The translations under genes were made by a program, and so were the position numbers. From the NCBI GenBank assembly GCA_965153455.1, contig OZ234493.1, positions 6,934,213 through 6,998,212 on the forward strand: 64,000 bases of DNA, read 5' to 3'. This DNA is from Sphagnum compactum. Lineage: Eukaryota. The notes beneath the pieces are model-generated. The model made no database searches, was not told where the DNA came from, and worked only from the letters and a program-made list of their open reading frames with translations. Below, one piece after another: positions 61,926 to 64,000 of this stretch (its first letter is position 1; each line of letters opens with the position of its first letter).

Positions 61926-64000
61926 CTTATGGTTTTTGGATTATGTTGGTTGAAATAGAAATGTGTGTGAAGGTTCGAAGAAATAAAGGTGTTTTTAGCT
62001 CTTTTTTTAATTGATAATGACTATCTAAGAAGAATGCTAGAGTCTCTATGTTAGGATTGAGCGCTCTTAATTCCAATTAACTTCTACTACATAATGGAGT
62101 TTGGAGATTAGCTAGGTCTAATGTAGAAACATGAATAAAATAGAAGGTTTAGGATGGAGATGAGGAAATTTAATAAGGGGCTTATGAACTTGTATGAATT
62201 AGTTTCTCAAGCTTGGCATTTTGGGGATATGGGGTGGAAATTTTGGGAATGTGTAGATGGGAAATGAGATCCAAAGCTACGAACTCCCATATGGGATATG
62301 TTTCACCACTTTTGTAACTTTTGGAAAGGGGACATTCTTTAATGGTTATAGGTGATTGAACATTTCTTGTTTAAACTTTGTTTTAGTGAGGTCTATTGGG
62401 AAATTTAAAGTTGTGGGGAAATGGGGGTGGCTTGCACATGAGCACAGAGCCTTAATTGAATGACATCCACATGCATGGATGTATTTTTCCATGGATGAAA
62501 GATTTGAATTGGATGAATGTTATTACACATGGATGAATGATATTCACTTGAATGGATGAATTTTGTAGCCCAAAAACATGGACGACATTTGTCGGGAGGT
62601 GGAAAATCATGGGTTTTAAAATAAAAAAAGAATTTGTCCATGTATACATAACTTACCCTTTATTGAATTCTATACACAAAATTTTCTTTTATTCCCTACC
62701 CACTTACATAGAAATGAATAAGCAAAATAACATTATGTGCACCATTTCATGTCCGTGGTCTACATTCATTTGAAATGGCACATTATTTGTTCAAGACTGG
62801 GTTGAAATTGAGGGCCAAACTTTCTCTTGTAGACCAAAATGTTGTACATTTGTGATTCAAAGTTCACCCCATTGTGGGAATAATGTGCATGATTAAAATG
62901 ATTGGGCATGACAACATTTTTTATTTAAATGGGAACGTTAATAAAAACACACCTCAAAGTGGAACTGTGATGTGATTCCACTAATTATGAAGCCAACAAA
63001 ACATCCAAATTGATGTGTCAATAAGTATACAATTGGTAGCACACTTGACAAGAAAACCTAAATGATAGTAGCACAATATTATTTTGTAACTTCAAGCTAT
63101 GAAACACTCCAACTTTGTTAAATCGACAATTGATGTTCTAGAAGGAAATGTTAATTGATGTTATGTTTCATGTTTATTTGAATGCAATGTGAAATTTGTA
63201 TGTGAAAACCAATTTCCATCGTAACAAACAAAAGTAATGAAGTTGGGAACAAGAAGTTCAAATTGAAATAAGTTGTGTGATAACATTTGAAAGTCAAACT
63301 ATTCCAAGGGCAAAGAAAACAATATATTTTCAACCTTCTAATGGAAAGGAAAAAGCAAAATCCGACAACCCATTGGACATTAAAGAATCATAAGTTTAGT
63401 TTCCCCTATCATCTGAATCAATACTACAAGTAGAATCCAAGGCTTCGTCATATGTATTGGAAAACCAACACCATGCAAAGGAGAACTAGCAGGGAAGGAG
63501 GAAGGTGAAAGCAAAGCAACATAAACAACAAAAAAAACTTTTACATAAATTGGAAGCGAAGGGCTACTGGAAGCACTACGAAAAAAACCATGTTGAATAT
63601 GAAAATATTATCATATTTCTCATGGTGGCTTCATATTGTTGCACACAAAAAAACCATGAAAATTAGAATACATATTGTTTAATATTGAATGTATGACAAG
63701 GTTTGGAATTCATAATGCACTTACTTATAGAAAAGTATTTAAGGACCTTGGTTTTTTATAGGGCCAATGTCATTGTCATCCAAAACGTGGGATCTGGGTC
63801 ACCATGTTGTTCATCGAATCCATCATTTAGACATTCATTAGCCAATGGCTTGACAACATTGTCAAAAATATCCTTGTCTTCTTCCAATGTAAGAACATGT
63901 TTGCTCTCATTGCAACATGTGTCATGGGTGCCAATGGCATGGAGTTCATTCATTTGAATGGTCATCCATGTACCTAACTTTTAGGTTAGTTTTAATTAAC

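Noticed and set aside
63756..63965. 69-aa acidic ORF at the window end
   Set aside because: Short, at the window edge and unrecognisable; probably a TE remnant.

Overview
Eukaryotic land-plant nuclear DNA, with spliceosomal GT-AG introns, a plant-specific Dof factor and TTTAGGG tracts. The AT-rich, MITE-dense intergenic DNA suggests a bryophyte, possibly Sphagnum-like, but that is inference only. Genes: a multi-exon ABCB/P-glycoprotein transporter with several inactivating lesions (7.5-13.7 kb, +); an uncharacterised small membrane-protein gene apparently split into two ATGA-overlapping ORFs (14.7-15.4 kb, -); an intronless peroxisomal NAD carrier (PXN-like) frameshifted in a G13 run (30.7-31.9 kb, +); a tightly head-to-head pair of TOM7 (-) and mitochondrial acyl carrier protein (+) at 34.1-36.3 kb; and a Dof transcription factor (58.5-59.6 kb, +). 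The rest is decayed mobile DNA and repeats: pogo-like DDE and MULE/SWIM transposase relics, LINE- and gypsy-like relics, three copies of a Tourist-like MITE, a Helitron-like element with a long internal inverted repeat, a mitochondrial-type tRNA-Phe relic and many minisatellites. No CRISPR or prokaryotic system is present. I found no clearly new biological system, only several testable oddities.
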